A DNA stretch of 63,999 bases, the filler included, from Circinaria calcarea (Eukaryota), in NCBI GenBank assembly GCA_051942165.1. It is 17 parts of 17 records of this genome, joined end to end, with 100 filler letters (N's around TTAATTAATTAA, not from the genome) between each part and the next. Parts side by side here need not be neighbours in the genome. Positions count along the whole stretch, not along the records: positions 1 to 3,700 come from JAVECS010002662.1; positions 3,801 to 7,499 come from JAVECS010002663.1; positions 7,600 to 11,298 come from JAVECS010002664.1; positions 11,399 to 15,095 come from JAVECS010002665.1; 13 more parts are not named here. One strand, 5' to 3'. Position 1 is the first letter of the stretch. Each line of letters starts with the position of its first letter. A program made the position numbers and the translations under genes. Below the pieces are notes generated by a model. The model ran no database searches and was not told the DNA's origin. It saw only the letters and a list, made by a program, of their open reading frames with translations. This document shows, piece after piece, positions 1 through 12,341 of the stretch.

Positions 1-1127
1 CAACCGCAAAACTTGTATGGCTTTGGAATGCAGCTCAATGAAGCCCAACAGTCCAGATTGGAGACAGTTTAAGCCCGATAGCTTAAGCTCGCCAAGATTA
101 GGGCATGCGACGCCATCTGAATATGAAGACATGTCAGAAGAACGGTCATTGTCTTGCAAGGACATAGCTTACCTATCATTTTACTGAAGTCAACACTAAC
201 ATTGTCTAGACGAAGTATGAATGTGGAGTCAAATTCCAAATGCACATTCTCCAGCTGTTTTGCTTGGCCCAAACGGCTTGAGAACCTTATGAGTGAGAGA
301 GGGTTAGGGGTGGCATCGTAACAAAAGGCGTCGTCGCTGTGGTCTGTGGTGATCGTTAAGTGCAGTACAGTCAACTGGCGGAAGATTTCGCTGCCAAACG
401 TTCCGCCCTCTATGGTCGGTATAAAGAGGCCGCATGGAAAATTATCCCCATAGTTATACAAGGATTGCAATTTAGGAACATTGGCTCGAGATAACACTTG
501 GAAAAAGTCCAAAAGCCCCTTCCGCCAAAGTGCAAAATGCGCTCGCGTCACCGCTGTGCTGAGGAAAGGTCCCGAGTTAGTTCGAGGCCCCACAACATCC
601 AATAGGCCGTTTCGTGGATTATTCCCGGAATGTCTTGAGTAAGTTGAGACATAAATACAATCCAACCGCGGCATGCGGGGGAGAGCGGCGGCAAGGGCGA
701 GCATATCAATACCAGCCTGACGACAAGCTAGTTGCTGTTGATAACACTCGATATATCGGTCATGGCTCCTATTGGCTACCTCCGATGAGATGGAGGTGGG
801 CCTTCTAAAAAGCTCTCCTATGTAGGCTCCTCTGTCCGTTACTAGTCGTTCCTCGAACATCCTCAGATCGTAGGTCAGAGTTAAGACGTACTTGCTGAAA
901 ACTGGATGCTCCGAGATACTCTTGAGCTTGTCGATATCATGCTGAGACGAAGACAGAAAAACCACGGTGATCAAATATGGGGAAGCAGCGAAGGCGAACG
1001 TTTTACAAACTTGTCGAACAGATTTGACGTCCTCAACCTCTAGATACCCGAAGATATTGGTGAGGATCTCTGCAGGGACATTGACGGTAACATAGGAAAC
1101 AACATGCCTCTCGACTCGAAGACGCAT
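1..1127 (-). CDS. F-box domain protein (3' partial)
   Basis: N-terminal F-box motif VPAEILTNIFGYLEVEDVKSVRQVCKTF. GT-AG intron 172..117, after which the frame continues DGVACPNLGELKLSGL off the window edge. Confidence 0.8.
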
Positions 1128-2685
1128 TGTTAGGAGGTAGGAACTGCGAACGGTGACCTTTGGCGATCAGAGCGAGCCCAGAAATACTGAAATTCTCCCA
1201 GAGTTTTTGGGGGGGGGGGCAGTTACTCCTTGACCAATTCCCGCACAAGATTTAGCAGTAAAAGAGACGGGATATGCTCATCAATGCTCGCAGCGAAACA
1301 CCAGGTTGAAGGCCCGAAGTAAATGCAGGTTGGGAAAGGGAAGATGTAGCGAGCTAGAAAGCGCAGAAGATGACCATAATGATTTACAGGTGTGTTGGAT
1401 GTGAATGCGGAACACTTCGACCTGTGCTGAAAGACTGACCAAGGGCTAATCCTACCCGAGGCAATTCCTATACAACACGTCCACAACCACTAGTACCTTC
1501 CATATCATGAAGTAAATCAACATACCCCAGACAGTCATATCGAGCCAATCTACGCCCACTTCACCGTCTCCGATAGCCTACCGGCGTTACTCCAAGTACA
1601 CAACTCCCAAGTCCCAAAACGAAAGTCGCCATCATATTTATCCATCGTAACCGAAAATCACAAAGTCTACTATAGCAGGCTTACTCATATACATACCTTG
1701 AAAGACCTTTTGCTGGCATTGTACCCACAGGCACAAGCTACCTAATCGACATCAAGCGTGTAATCAAAAAGCATGCCAAGTGCTCTAGCTCCTCCAAACT
1801 AGACTAAATGATGCCCATAAAACACTCCCACCCTTTCGATCACACCGCACCCTACGTTTCGTTCGATACTGCTTGGTTTCCGGACACGGCACCTTTCATT
1901 TCGATGTACGCGATGGTAGTAATAAAGGGGGGACTCTGTAAAATACCGCTCGTTGCTTTGTTACGCGTCCGAACCCCTTTTCGCCCCCCTCCCACGGTCG
2001 CCCTCACGACTTATTGAGACCTCCACCCACATATGTTTGCAAGAACCGCACCTAAACACGTAGCCTCACAATCCTCCCAAGAACCCAAAACATGGGCTTT
2101 TCGCTTGTGGCAAGTCGAACGTATTTCACGTGATCGCCGCAACCCCTACCCTACTCCTACTCCCATACCCCACTTCCACACCCTACCCACCTCGAGTGTA
2201 GATCCGATAGACCCAGTCCTTCAAGTCATAACAGCCTTAGGGAGTAGTCTGGCAGTATTAGTAGAGACGGAGTCTTGGGGTTGGTGGGGTAGGAAGGAAG
2301 GAGACGGGAGGAGGGAGGGGAGGAAGGGGGGAAAGGAATGGGATAGGGGTTAGAGGGAGTGGGTCGGAGGAGAATATCTCGGACAACTTTGTGTCCACGA
2401 AGTGTTAAAGGGGCATGAGGGATTCGTACCACGTGAATGGACCTAGGAATGTTTGATGCTGATGACTTAATTTTCTAATGACATCGGGAGGCCTAAAAGG
2501 AGACTCCTCGATCTCGTTGTAAAAGGTGCTGGATATCCAAGGTTCCTTCATTCCGCTGACGTCGAGCTGAAACGTTTGCCATTCGGAGTCTCTTCAAGGG
2601 TCGTCGCACACTGCTAAAGGATGTATGCCACAACTGTAAAAGTTGAACGAGCTCGACTCCCGCCCGTCACACTCCTCGAACGTAA

Positions 2686-3700
2686 TTAGAATCCTAACCT
2701 CAAAGGGGTCAACGCGTCCTCAAAAGGATTCGGACCCCGGCCATCAAGGAAGGCAATCACGGGCGTATTCGACTGTTTCTCTTCGAACATGTTCGTACCC
2801 ATGACGTCAATCTTGCAGACGTCCAGGTTGATGTCCATATTCTTCAACTGTTCGAGGAAACTGAACCAAGTCCCACCAACGATGCGAACGTTGACGAAGC
2901 TTAAACGTCGGATCCGAGAATGCGTATCGAGGAAATCTACCAGTCCTGATTCGGCCACAGTCAAAGACCGGATGGAGAAATCTTCGAGGCTTTGCAGTGG
3001 GATTCCGTCTGAATCGGAATAACATTAGATGGGGTGCTCTTCTCGCAAGGTAATCACAAACTCACCGAACATTCTATCCAGAAAAACGCCAGTGTTGTGG
3101 TTGCGGAGACCGCATTCGAAACTAAGATGTAGTAGCTTCAGCCCTTGGAGGTGGCCGAGAGATTTCGGAAATTTCAACGAATTACGGACGTCGACTGTGA
3201 GGTAAGCCTTTTCAAGGTGGTAGAAAGTATGGCTGCAACCGATACTGCGCGTCGTTGCTTCGAGGTCAAAGTCTTCGATAGGTAGACTAGGTCTATGAAA
3301 GTCGTGGTGGGTTCCAATCGCGAGCGAAAGAATTCGAGAAGTGAGGCGCCCCTCCGAGAGCGTTTGTAGTAGATCTAAGACACCCTGACGCCACGTTGTA
3401 TCGTGTGTTCTCGCTGCTTCGGAGTTTGTGAAGCCATGCTTAACAGTCGGTGGAACAATGTCGAAGCAGCCGACTCGGAGGTCTGGATCTCGGGGCCAGA
3501 GAAAGGAATAATTCGGTCTGTTCCGTGCGGTTATGATGACTCGAGATAGGCGTGGTAGCAGTGGAATTGCACTAGCAAGGCACCTCATGTCGGTGCCACT
3601 CTTCCGGCAGTTCTGCTGCTCATGATAAAGGCCAATGTATCGAGCATGACTGACTTTAGCCTGTGTCTTGGTCAAGGGCCATTCACGGCGTTCGGGAGAG
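2686..3700 (-). CDS. Paralog of the neighbouring F-box protein (5' partial; F-box itself not on this contig)
   Basis: SHARYIGLYHEQQNCRKSGTDMRCLASAIPLLPRL aligns by eye with SHDRYIECYQQQLACRQAGIDMLALAAALPRMPRL. Phase-1 intron 3065..3009 is at the equivalent position. Confidence 0.75.
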
Positions 3701-3800
3701 NNNNNNNNNNNNNNNNNNNNNNNNNNNNNNNNNNNNNNNNNNNNTTAATTAATTAANNNNNNNNNNNNNNNNNNNNNNNNNNNNNNNNNNNNNNNNNNNN
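3701..3800. other. Artificial contig linker (N44-TTAATTAATTAA-N44); first of 16
   Basis: Identical 100-nt spacer with stops in all six frames. Also at 7500, 11299, 15096, 18887, 22676, 26462, 30248, 34033, 37815, 41595, 45375, 49153, 52931, 56705 and 60479. Contig lengths fall from 3699 to 3674. Confidence 0.99.
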
Positions 3801-4125
3801 CCCTAATAGGAGCATAGCATGGAGCATAGTATAGAACATAGCATGGAGCATAGCATGGAGTATAGTATGGAGTATAGCATGGAGCATAACACGTGGTATA
3901 GCATGAAGTATAGCACGTAGCGTAGTATAGAAAGAGCATATAGTATACCATGGAAAGAGCTTGCAGCATAGCATGGAGCATAGCATGGAGCATAGTATAG
4001 CGAAAACACACGGCATAGAATAACGAAAGCACGCAGCGTAGCATAGAAAGAGCATATAATATAGCACGGAAAGAGCATGCAGTATAGCATGGAAAAAGCA
4101 TGCAGCATAGTATAGAAAGAGCACA
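3801..4125. repeat. Degenerate minisatellite (12-mer GGAGCATAGCAT, grading into about 23-mer units)
   Basis: Repeated AGCATAGCATGG with variants such as AGTATAGTATGG; differences are mostly C>T and G>A. Confidence 0.9.
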
Positions 4126-4220
4126 CTGTATATAAGTACTGAATATCTGCGCGGAAAGCGTATAATCGAGTATTTTACGACCTTCCTATAAAAGTAAGAG
4201 CTAAGGCCCAGAATGGACAG

Positions 4221-4307
4221 AAAGCTAGGCCGAAAATGATAAGAAACTAAACTCTTTACGGCCAAAAACTAGGCCGATAAGCGTAAAAACTAAACCCTTT
4301 ATGGCCA
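4221..4307. repeat. Imperfect direct repeat, about 44 bp, two copies
   Basis: CTAGGCCGA...AAACTAAAC(T/C)CTTTA(C/T)GGCCA starts at 4225 and 4269. Confidence 0.75.
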
Positions 4308-4551
4308 CTTTGCAGCGACTCCAGCAGAATTTTGCTCGGATCTGACCGGGTCGTGCCCAGATTTAAACCCTTCCACTCATTCTTCATTTCAGGGTATAAC
4401 GCACCAGCATTGTGGTGAGAATAGCTTCTATACCATCATTAACACATTAATCAGTTTAGCAACGGCCGACCGGAAATTTTGCGTCAATTGGCATAAAAGC
4501 GTCGGTTTTTGCGCTCAGCTCTCGCTTGCCCGTGTGTGATCCTGTAGCCCT

Positions 4552-7336
4552 ATGGGTCCTCCGGCGAAAGATGAGGATAATGCACTTCCCAATGGAGTAG
4601 CTGGCCTTGAGATAAGAAAAGTCACAAAACCTAATAGCACGGTATGTGCAGTATACCAAATTGTAAGATATATTTAAGTGATGATTATTAGGAACTATGC
4701 AATATTTGCAGCAGGTTGGATCTTAATCTGGACAAATTCATCTTGAAAGACGAGCGGTTGAGAGATTCTGCTCGGATCGCTCGTCCTGCGTCTCTCGCGC
4801 ATTACTCGCCAAAGTCGAGGAACTTACAATACAGCCTAGGTACTCTAGCAGAGATTGTGGCCAAGAGCGACAGCTGTCCACTGTGTTCCCTCGTTGCAAT
4901 CTCCAGTAATCCAACGACTCACGAAGAGCTTCTCAAATCCACTTGTTTCGCAAACTGGGAGGTTGACGGTCGAACAGTAACCGAAGACGGCCCTTTGAGA
5001 GCCCGCACTAGGCGGATACACCTGCGCTGGGATAATCCATCACTCAAGGACTCCTATCTCGTTCTCGTTGCTCCAAAAAGGTACTTGCGCTTTAACTCGG
5101 ACGCTGCAGGTGTATGGGAGAAAGATGCCCTCTTTCTTGGGCGGGAGTTCGAGCCCGGAGGGAGCAACCATGTTCTAATGAAAAGCTGGCTCGATTCGTG
5201 TACATTCGACCACGGGCCAAAGTGTTCTACAAGAAGAGATCGCGAATTTGAAGATATGGTTGAGCAGTCTTACTTTGGTGTCGTTGACGTCCTAGATATG
5301 CGTCTGACGTCCCTGCCCATGTTTTCTGACAACCCGTCGGACGATGCTCGCATTACGTCCCCGCCTTCATCGCCAGGGTCTTCAAACCCTGATGATCATA
5401 TCGGGCCAAAGTCCTTTGTTCCATATGTAGCCTTAAGCTATGTCTGGGGAGAAATAGGTAAAGGGAAGGAGCCATACACCACCGATCTCTCCAATATACT
5501 TGTCCATCAAGTTCCAGGGGGACTGGAGAAGGTTGTCGATCAGCTGCCCGTTGTCATACGAGATGCAATAGATCTAGTGCGCCGACTTGGGTTACGTTAT
5601 ATCTGGATCGATTCCCTGTAAGTATATTTGGGATTAACACATTTGCTGTTGCTGACATCCTGGATAGCTGTATTATTCAAAATTCTAACCGCTCTTGGCA
5701 ACTCAATGCTAAAGCGATGGACTTGATCTACGGTAATGCATGCTTAACAATATGTGCTGCGGATGGGCTAGATTCCTCGACTGGCCTGAAAGCAATGCAC
5801 CCTTCCACTCGGATTCAGCATGTGCAAGAATGTGCTCCGGGGGTAAAGCTGATGGTGTCACATTTAGCAGAGACAGGTATCCAAGCATCGAAGTGGAACA
5901 CCAGAGCATGGACCTTTCAAGAGCGTCTACTATCCCGAAGATGTCTTATCTTTACAGAGGGGCGCGTTTTCTTCCAATGCCCATCTACAATGGTCTCAGA
6001 AGACATTGTTCCATCACCAAATGGAACTGGGTGGTCGCTTGATTTCGTCCAAGCACCATCAAGAGTGCTTCTAGAGCTATCCGCCCGCGCTATATGGGTC
6101 TACTCCCATTATGTCTCCTTATATTCAGCTCGAGAGCTTTCCAAACCGAAAGACATACTTGCTGCATTTGAAGGTGTATCGAACCTTATCTCAAAGCACA
6201 TAAAAGCGCCCTTTGTGTTTGGCCTACCTAGCTCACACTTTGATTTTGCTCTACTCTGGGAACCGATAGGTCGTATCACACGCCGAGCTCCAAAGCCCGA
6301 AGACAAGGAATCATTCGGTGGGCTGGAATTCCCAAGCTGGTCCTGGTGTGGATGGATGGGTGCCACAATCAAGTACAATAATAACATGCTCGAGGGCTGC
6401 TTAGATGATATTCACGAGTGGCTCACAGAACATACTTGGATATCTTGGTTCATCCGAGATGGCCATGGCAACTTGCGGCCACTTTGGGATGATGAGAAAT
6501 CTGCAGAAAATCGAGCTACAGAATCCCGATGGAGAGGTTACAAAGGGAATCTATTTCTGGACGGACCCAACGTGGAAGCAATCACTCACCCACGAGATTG
6601 GTCTAAGCCCGGGTACGAAAGCTACGAAAATTGCGACAGAAGAGGCCATCACGAAAGGGGCAATCCTAACAGAATGGACGGAAGAGAAAGGGGAAAAAGG
6701 GTTATTATCTACGAAGCACCAAGCGATTTCCATCAACAACAGGCTGACCTCCGAGACTCTTACGGGCGGGAGCTCTCATCAAAAGTAGCAAATCGATGCC
6801 GAAAAGAGTTCCGCCAGACGCTGCCAGAAAGCCCATTCCGGATTATCAAGGCCGACTACACCTCCAAGCCAGACATAGAATTCCCTGACCAAGCATTCTT
6901 GCAATTCTGGACCTGGAGCACATCCCTCCACCTAGTTCCATCTGATAATGACCACAAAAACATCGGAGACGGACTCGTCAGATACGACATAGCCGACGAA
7001 ATCGGCGACTGGTGCGGCTCCATTATCCTCGACGAAGAATGGGTGGCAAGAAAGGAGCAAGAAAATAAATCAGATTTTGACGGCTCGTCTCACGAGTTCA
7101 TTGCCATTTCTGACGCCAAGGCATTCACATATGATGAATGCAATACATGGACGTACTACATTCCGAAAGAGAGGGAACAGTCTGAGTGGGACCTCTACTA
7201 CGTGCTGCTGATTGAGAAGAATAAGCCAAACGATCGTATATCACATCGTGTAGCGCTTGGAAAAGTGTTTCAGGCTGCATTTGAAAATAACGCTGCCTCG
7301 AGAAATTGCGAATGGAAAGAAATTATTTTTGAATAA
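4552..7336 (+). CDS. HET (heterokaryon incompatibility) domain protein, complete, 3 exons
   Basis: Exons 4552-4641, 4692-5617 and 5668-7336 splice in frame. Motifs LCNIC, YVALSYVWG, RYIWIDSLCIIQ, MDLIYGNA, WNTRAWTFQERLLSRR, FPSWSWCGW. Confidence 0.92.
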
Positions 7337-7499
7337 ATAAATAAATAAAATATATAAAACCAAATAATAAATCTTTTTATTAAATCTAATTATTTAATTA
7401 TTTAAAAATTTAATTTATATAAATATTAATATTCGTATTTCGGATTAAAAAGAATTATATAAAGATTTTATTTTAAATTAATTTATATTATATATTTCT
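7337..7499. repeat. Extremely AT-rich tract, probable RIP-mutated repeat relic
   Basis: Abrupt switch to almost pure A/T with abundant TpA, starting at the HET stop codon and running to the contig end. Confidence 0.65.
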
Positions 7500-7599
7500 N
7501 NNNNNNNNNNNNNNNNNNNNNNNNNNNNNNNNNNNNNNNNNNNTTAATTAATTAANNNNNNNNNNNNNNNNNNNNNNNNNNNNNNNNNNNNNNNNNNNN

Positions 7600-8470
7600 C
7601 TCTGACCTAATCCCCTGACCGTCCTGAATCTCTGTGCTAATTCCATAACCATTCAGCGGCGGGAAAGGGTCTCGCTTCAAAAGCTCTACCGGTGTCCCGT
7701 ACTCATTCTGCGATGGCAAGGAATTTTTCTTCCGGCCGCGATTGAATACAAATACCACGAGGGCTGTCAAAAGAAGGATAATGGGGATGCCAACGCCGAG
7801 ACCAACTCCTAGACCAATTTTCTCAACGCTGGATGAACCAGGGTTTGCAGGTGCTGTGGGGACGTTTCCTGCCGGGGTTGTTGAAGTGGAGGAGATGGTA
7901 GCTGAAGAGGTTGTGCTGGTCGAGGAAGCTGTGCTGGTCGAGGAGGTTGTGCTGATCGAGAAGAAAGCTGTAGAGGAAGTATTTGGTACAGTCAACAAGC
8001 GATCGGAGATGTTAACATAGTGTGATGTGGTGGCATCATTGTCCAAAATTCCGGAGGGAGCCAGGCTGAAGAAGAAGACGTCTGAATCAGAGAGCAAGAA
8101 GGACTGAGTTGTGACCCTCCAGGTATAACTGCCCTTCTCCTCTTCTCCCTCGTCTTTGGCTACCAATGAATTAGGAAATCAGCCAGAGATGATTGAACAG
8201 CTCAGTGGCGGCAAGCAACTCACAGTATATAGGGTTGCCCAGTGCCGCAGCAGATATATTGATTCGCTGTTGGAAAAGAAAAATGGAATAGAAAGTCTTA
8301 TCCGTTACCCATTGCAGCATTGCGTCGCCGTTGAGTTGAAAGACGACGTTTTCGACAAAGAGTGCATTTGTTCCCGCGGCAGGTGGTTTAGTCCAATACG
8401 AAGGCGGGTTCAGCGTTTGGCAGGGCAAGAGAAGGCTAATAAATAGCGCAAGGAACAGGAAGCGGCGCAT
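7600..8470 (-). CDS. Type I membrane protein with Ser/Thr-rich stalk (Mid2-like cell-surface protein), 3' partial
   Basis: Signal peptide MRRFLFLALFISLLLPCQT; intron 8223..8160; S/T run; TM IGLGVGLGVGIPIILLLTALVVFVF followed by RGRKK. Confidence 0.75.
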
Positions 8471-9312
8471 TCGGATGATGGGGTGGTGCTCGCTGGACAT
8501 GAGAAACAGCAAACAATGGGTTACAAAGTGACTTTACAAAAGTGTGCGGAGGAAAAGGTACTTCAAGGCTGCCCATAAGGATCCGTTTGTATAGCCCGAG
8601 GGCGGCTGCAGGTGCGGGATTTTGGAACATCACATCTATATTGGTGGCGGATTCCGGGGTCTAAACTGCTCCCTAATCATGCTGTCAATGACGAGACTGT
8701 TGGCCCTGTGCCACTGCCACGGCGTAGACGTCCTCAAATGTAACAAATCAGCCCACGCTCAGCCTACCGGGTGTTGGTCAATTGGGGCATTTCGCTGAAT
8801 TTTGTAAGGAGTTTTGTTATGTAGACCGATACCCTAAGCTTGATATCGTAAGGTCCAGGTAGCAGGCATGGCATGCTCGAGCGGAATCCGCCCCTCCGTA
8901 TTGGCCAGAAGAGGTCCACTAATGCAATATAGCTCCGTTGTACCACACCAGAATTACAATGTGTAACGCTAGGGCCGGGGCTCCGTCCCGAGCAGGGTAT
9001 GGATTGGCTGCAATGTAATCGCTGACTCAAGGGCCCTGGCTACTCCGCACTGGCGCTTACTCGTAAATACGCTGGACTACGGCAGGGGAAACCGATCATA
9101 GTCATTAACTAGCAGGGCTTGCTTATGTCCATGTACTTTACTGCATATTATTCAAAGCCCTACAGAGCAGTCGTCTTCCTCACCATCTTCCTATTACAGC
9201 TTTTCTTCCGCTTGTCTTGACCATCTATGCTATTTAGACTCCGGTACTCGATTTATGGTGGATACCTACAGCTCCTATCACTCTAATACACATCTAGCCA
9301 AACCCCGGCACT

Positions 9313-10560
9313 ATGCCCATGTCGCAGGGCTATTTACAGATAAAGCAACCGCCATGGCGATACATCGCTTTCACCGTTGTTGTGTTCTTCGCTGTTGTCG
9401 TTATGCTTCTCGCTACTCGTCATAGCACCCCTTCGATATTACGAGGACATGTCCCTGGCGCGGCACACGATGAGGGGACCGAGCTTGTGAATCATATCTC
9501 GAATGCTACTCTTGGCGTATGACCGTCCTACTATCCCCCAATCAAGTCTTCACGCTGACGTCTCCCAAAGTTTGAGAAGATTCTCGCAGTGAGCCTTCCC
9601 GAGCGGACCGACCACCGTGATGGGCTGATCCTCGCAAGCGCAGTGAGCAACATCAAGATAGAATTTGTCAATGGGGTACAAGGCGGTGCTGTCCCTGAGA
9701 AAGCCTTACCGCCTGGAGAACATAAGGGTCTGACTCCCAACACTATTGGAAGCTGGCGCGCGCACCTTAACGCCGTCGCGAGGTTCGGTTCCCCCTGAAT
9801 ACAGAATTGTTGGCTTTGCAAATGCTCATGGGGTGTTCGTAGGGTAGTACACAATAATTATACCTCCGCTCTCATCATGGAAGATGACGTGGACTGGGAT
9901 GTACGGTTGAAGTATCTGCTCAAGGATTTTGCCCTTTCTGCTCACGCCCTTGCCCAAAACAGTGATTCTTCCAACATCGAATTTGGCAACCTTCCGCAAA
10001 CTACACCCCCGAAGATTTCCCCGTACGGCGACGACTGGGATCTTCTCTGGCTGGGACATTGTGGGATGAAACTACCTGGAGCGGGTCTGGTCGTCCACAG
10101 CAACGATCCTTCTGTTCCCGAACCGCAGTATCTGCACTCTTGGGACAAGGATGAGAGGACACCGCTCGGAACGTACCCCGCTCACACGCGGGTTGTCATG
10201 CGCCAAAGTACAGCGTCTGTATGTTCGCTTGCGTATGCTATCTCCCAGCGCGGTGCCCGAAAGCTGCTCTACGGCTTGGGCCTCAAGAAACTGGACGCGC
10301 CCTTCGACGTCATGCTGAGAGCTTGGTGCCAGGGTTCGGATGGTTACGAGCAGCATATTTGTCCAGGCGTACTGCCGCAGCTTTTCGACCATCACAGACG
10401 CCGAGGACCGAAGAGTGTGGATAGCGATATCAGTAAACCAAATGAGGCCTATCGGGATAAGCCGGTGACACTCAATATCCGTTGGAGCGTCCGGATGAAC
10501 ATGGAGAAGATGCTGCGCGGAGAGACGGATTATGACGACCAATACCCGGATACATCGTAA
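9313..10560 (+). CDS. Glycosyltransferase family 25 protein
   Basis: N-terminal TM anchor; introns 9517-9570 and 9783-9842; motifs SLPERTDHRD, GSWRAHLNA, ALIMEDDVDWD, SPYGDDWDLLWLGHCG. Confidence 0.88.
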
Positions 10561-11298
10561 TGGCTATTACATCGGTCGAGGGAGTGTCTGATGTCAAACA
10601 ACCTAATTAATACCCAGGCTCTCAATTCTTGTATATATTTATATCTATATACACATCATCGTCCCCCCTGCAGCGTGCTCCCTTCAATAACCATCACAAC
10701 CTCAAACCTTCCAGAATTAAAAATCCTACTCTCCCCCCGGCTCCCCATTAGGATCTCCGTACGGAGTAGAGTTGATATAACTCCCCTTGGCTCCCAAAAC
10801 TTTCTCCCCCCCTAGGTACGAAAAGTACGTGCCCGAAATCTTTCCAGTACTTGTGGTGCGCCTTCCTGAGCCAAAAGGGGAAAGTGCATGCGAAATTGTG
10901 TATTTTAGAGTGGGGGGTTTCCCGACCGGAAAATAGATCATTCTACTCCATTCTTTGGGCAGTGTGACGTGACACGTATTCAGACCACTTTTAGGCTGTC
11001 ATTTGCCCTGTAGCGTACTATTCATCGATCAGTACGGTTCCCCTTCCCCCCCCCGGAAAAGCTGTATACTTTCCTGTACTTGAAAAAGAAAAGGGGGGAG
11101 GGGGGTGGAAAAGCGATCGGGAACCGTGAGACCGGAGGGTGGACAGGAAGAAGGAAGAGCAGGGAACAGACGAAGACGAGATGGGGATATAGATATAAAT
11201 ATATACAAGAATTGAGAGCCTGGGTATTAATTAGGTTGTTTGACATCAGACACTCCCTCGACCGATGTAATAGCCATTACGATGTATCCGGGTATTGG
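10539..11298. repeat. Perfect 112-bp inverted repeat (10539-10650 / 11187-11298) around a 536-bp spacer
   Basis: The last 112 nt of the contig are the reverse complement of 10539-10650; the ORF track also shows the same peptide MSNNLINTQALNSCIYLYLY on both strands. Confidence 0.95.
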
Positions 11299-11398
11299 NN
11301 NNNNNNNNNNNNNNNNNNNNNNNNNNNNNNNNNNNNNNNNNNTTAATTAATTAANNNNNNNNNNNNNNNNNNNNNNNNNNNNNNNNNNNNNNNNNNNN

Positions 11399-12086
11399 GA
11401 TATGAACAGGGTCTATGGCTTCGAAGGCGAGTGTAAAGCCAAGTACAATGAACGGGTCTTCAAGCTTTTCTCGGAATCATTTTCTGCATTACCCCTCGCA
11501 ACACTGATAGGGAAGAAATATCTCACGTTACATGGTGGACTGTTCTCGGACGACAAGATCTCATTAGACGATATTCGGAAGTTAAATCGGCATGGTCAAA
11601 GGCAGCCAGGACAGCAAGGACTTATGATGGAGATGCTGTGGACGGATCCGCAGACGCTGCCTGGCAGAGGACCCAGTAAGCGGGGTGTGGGTTTGCAATT
11701 TGGTCCTGATGTAACGAAGCGATTCTGTGAGGCCAATGGACTCGAGGCGGTTATCCGAAGTCATGAAGTCCGTATGGAGGGTTATGAAGTCGAGCATGAT
11801 GGGCGATGCATTACAGGTATGTCAGAACATCCGAACAACCTTTAAGGATCGGCAGTTAACATGGGAGATAGTCTTCTCGGCACCAAAGTACTGTGATAGT
11901 ACAGAGAATAAGGGCGCCTATATCAACATTGGACCAGAGTTGAAGCTAGATTTCCACAAATTTGATGCTGTACCCCACCCAGATATAAAGCCAATGGTGA
12001 GTTCATAGTCTTCCTGACAGCTGCATTTGTGCTGACGAGTATTCGTCCAGGCTTATGCTCAGAGCTCGCTTATGTCCATGATGTGA
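11399..12086 (+). CDS. PPT1: Ser/Thr protein phosphatase 5 (PP5), C-terminal part (5' partial)
   Basis: [58 protein letters not shown]; two GT-AG introns. Confidence 0.93.
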
Positions 12087-12341
12087 TCATGTTATCGTTC
12101 ATGGTATATTGGCTTGTTGGATCTCCGTTGACCACCAAGTCGTCCTTTGTACTGTATCATTGCTGCTGTCCATCGAAACCTTGGGGGGTATTGGCTTGCA
12201 TTCCGAAGAAAGCGGATATAGGATACCTCTGGTTTCCCTCATGTACGTTATTTTGTAACTGTAACAATATCATCGATTTCTCGCAGGGCCGCCTTTCCCA
12301 AAAGAAGCCATAGCTTTAGCGTGACTGAGTAAGAAGCATGA

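Noticed and set aside
3745..3756. Regularly spaced TTAATTAATTAA resembling an array
   Set aside because: Synthetic stop-codon linker inside N runs, not a CRISPR or biological repeat.
3745..4265. Three Tyr/Cys/Met-rich minus-strand ORFs
   Set aside because: Translations of the minisatellite that run into the N linker.
10591..11246. Two ORFs with the identical start MSNNLINTQ
   Set aside because: By-product of the inverted repeat over a 3' UTR; no coding signal.
10539..11298. MITE interpretation of the inverted repeat
   Set aside because: The arm includes host coding sequence and ends at the contig edge, so no target-site duplication can be assessed.
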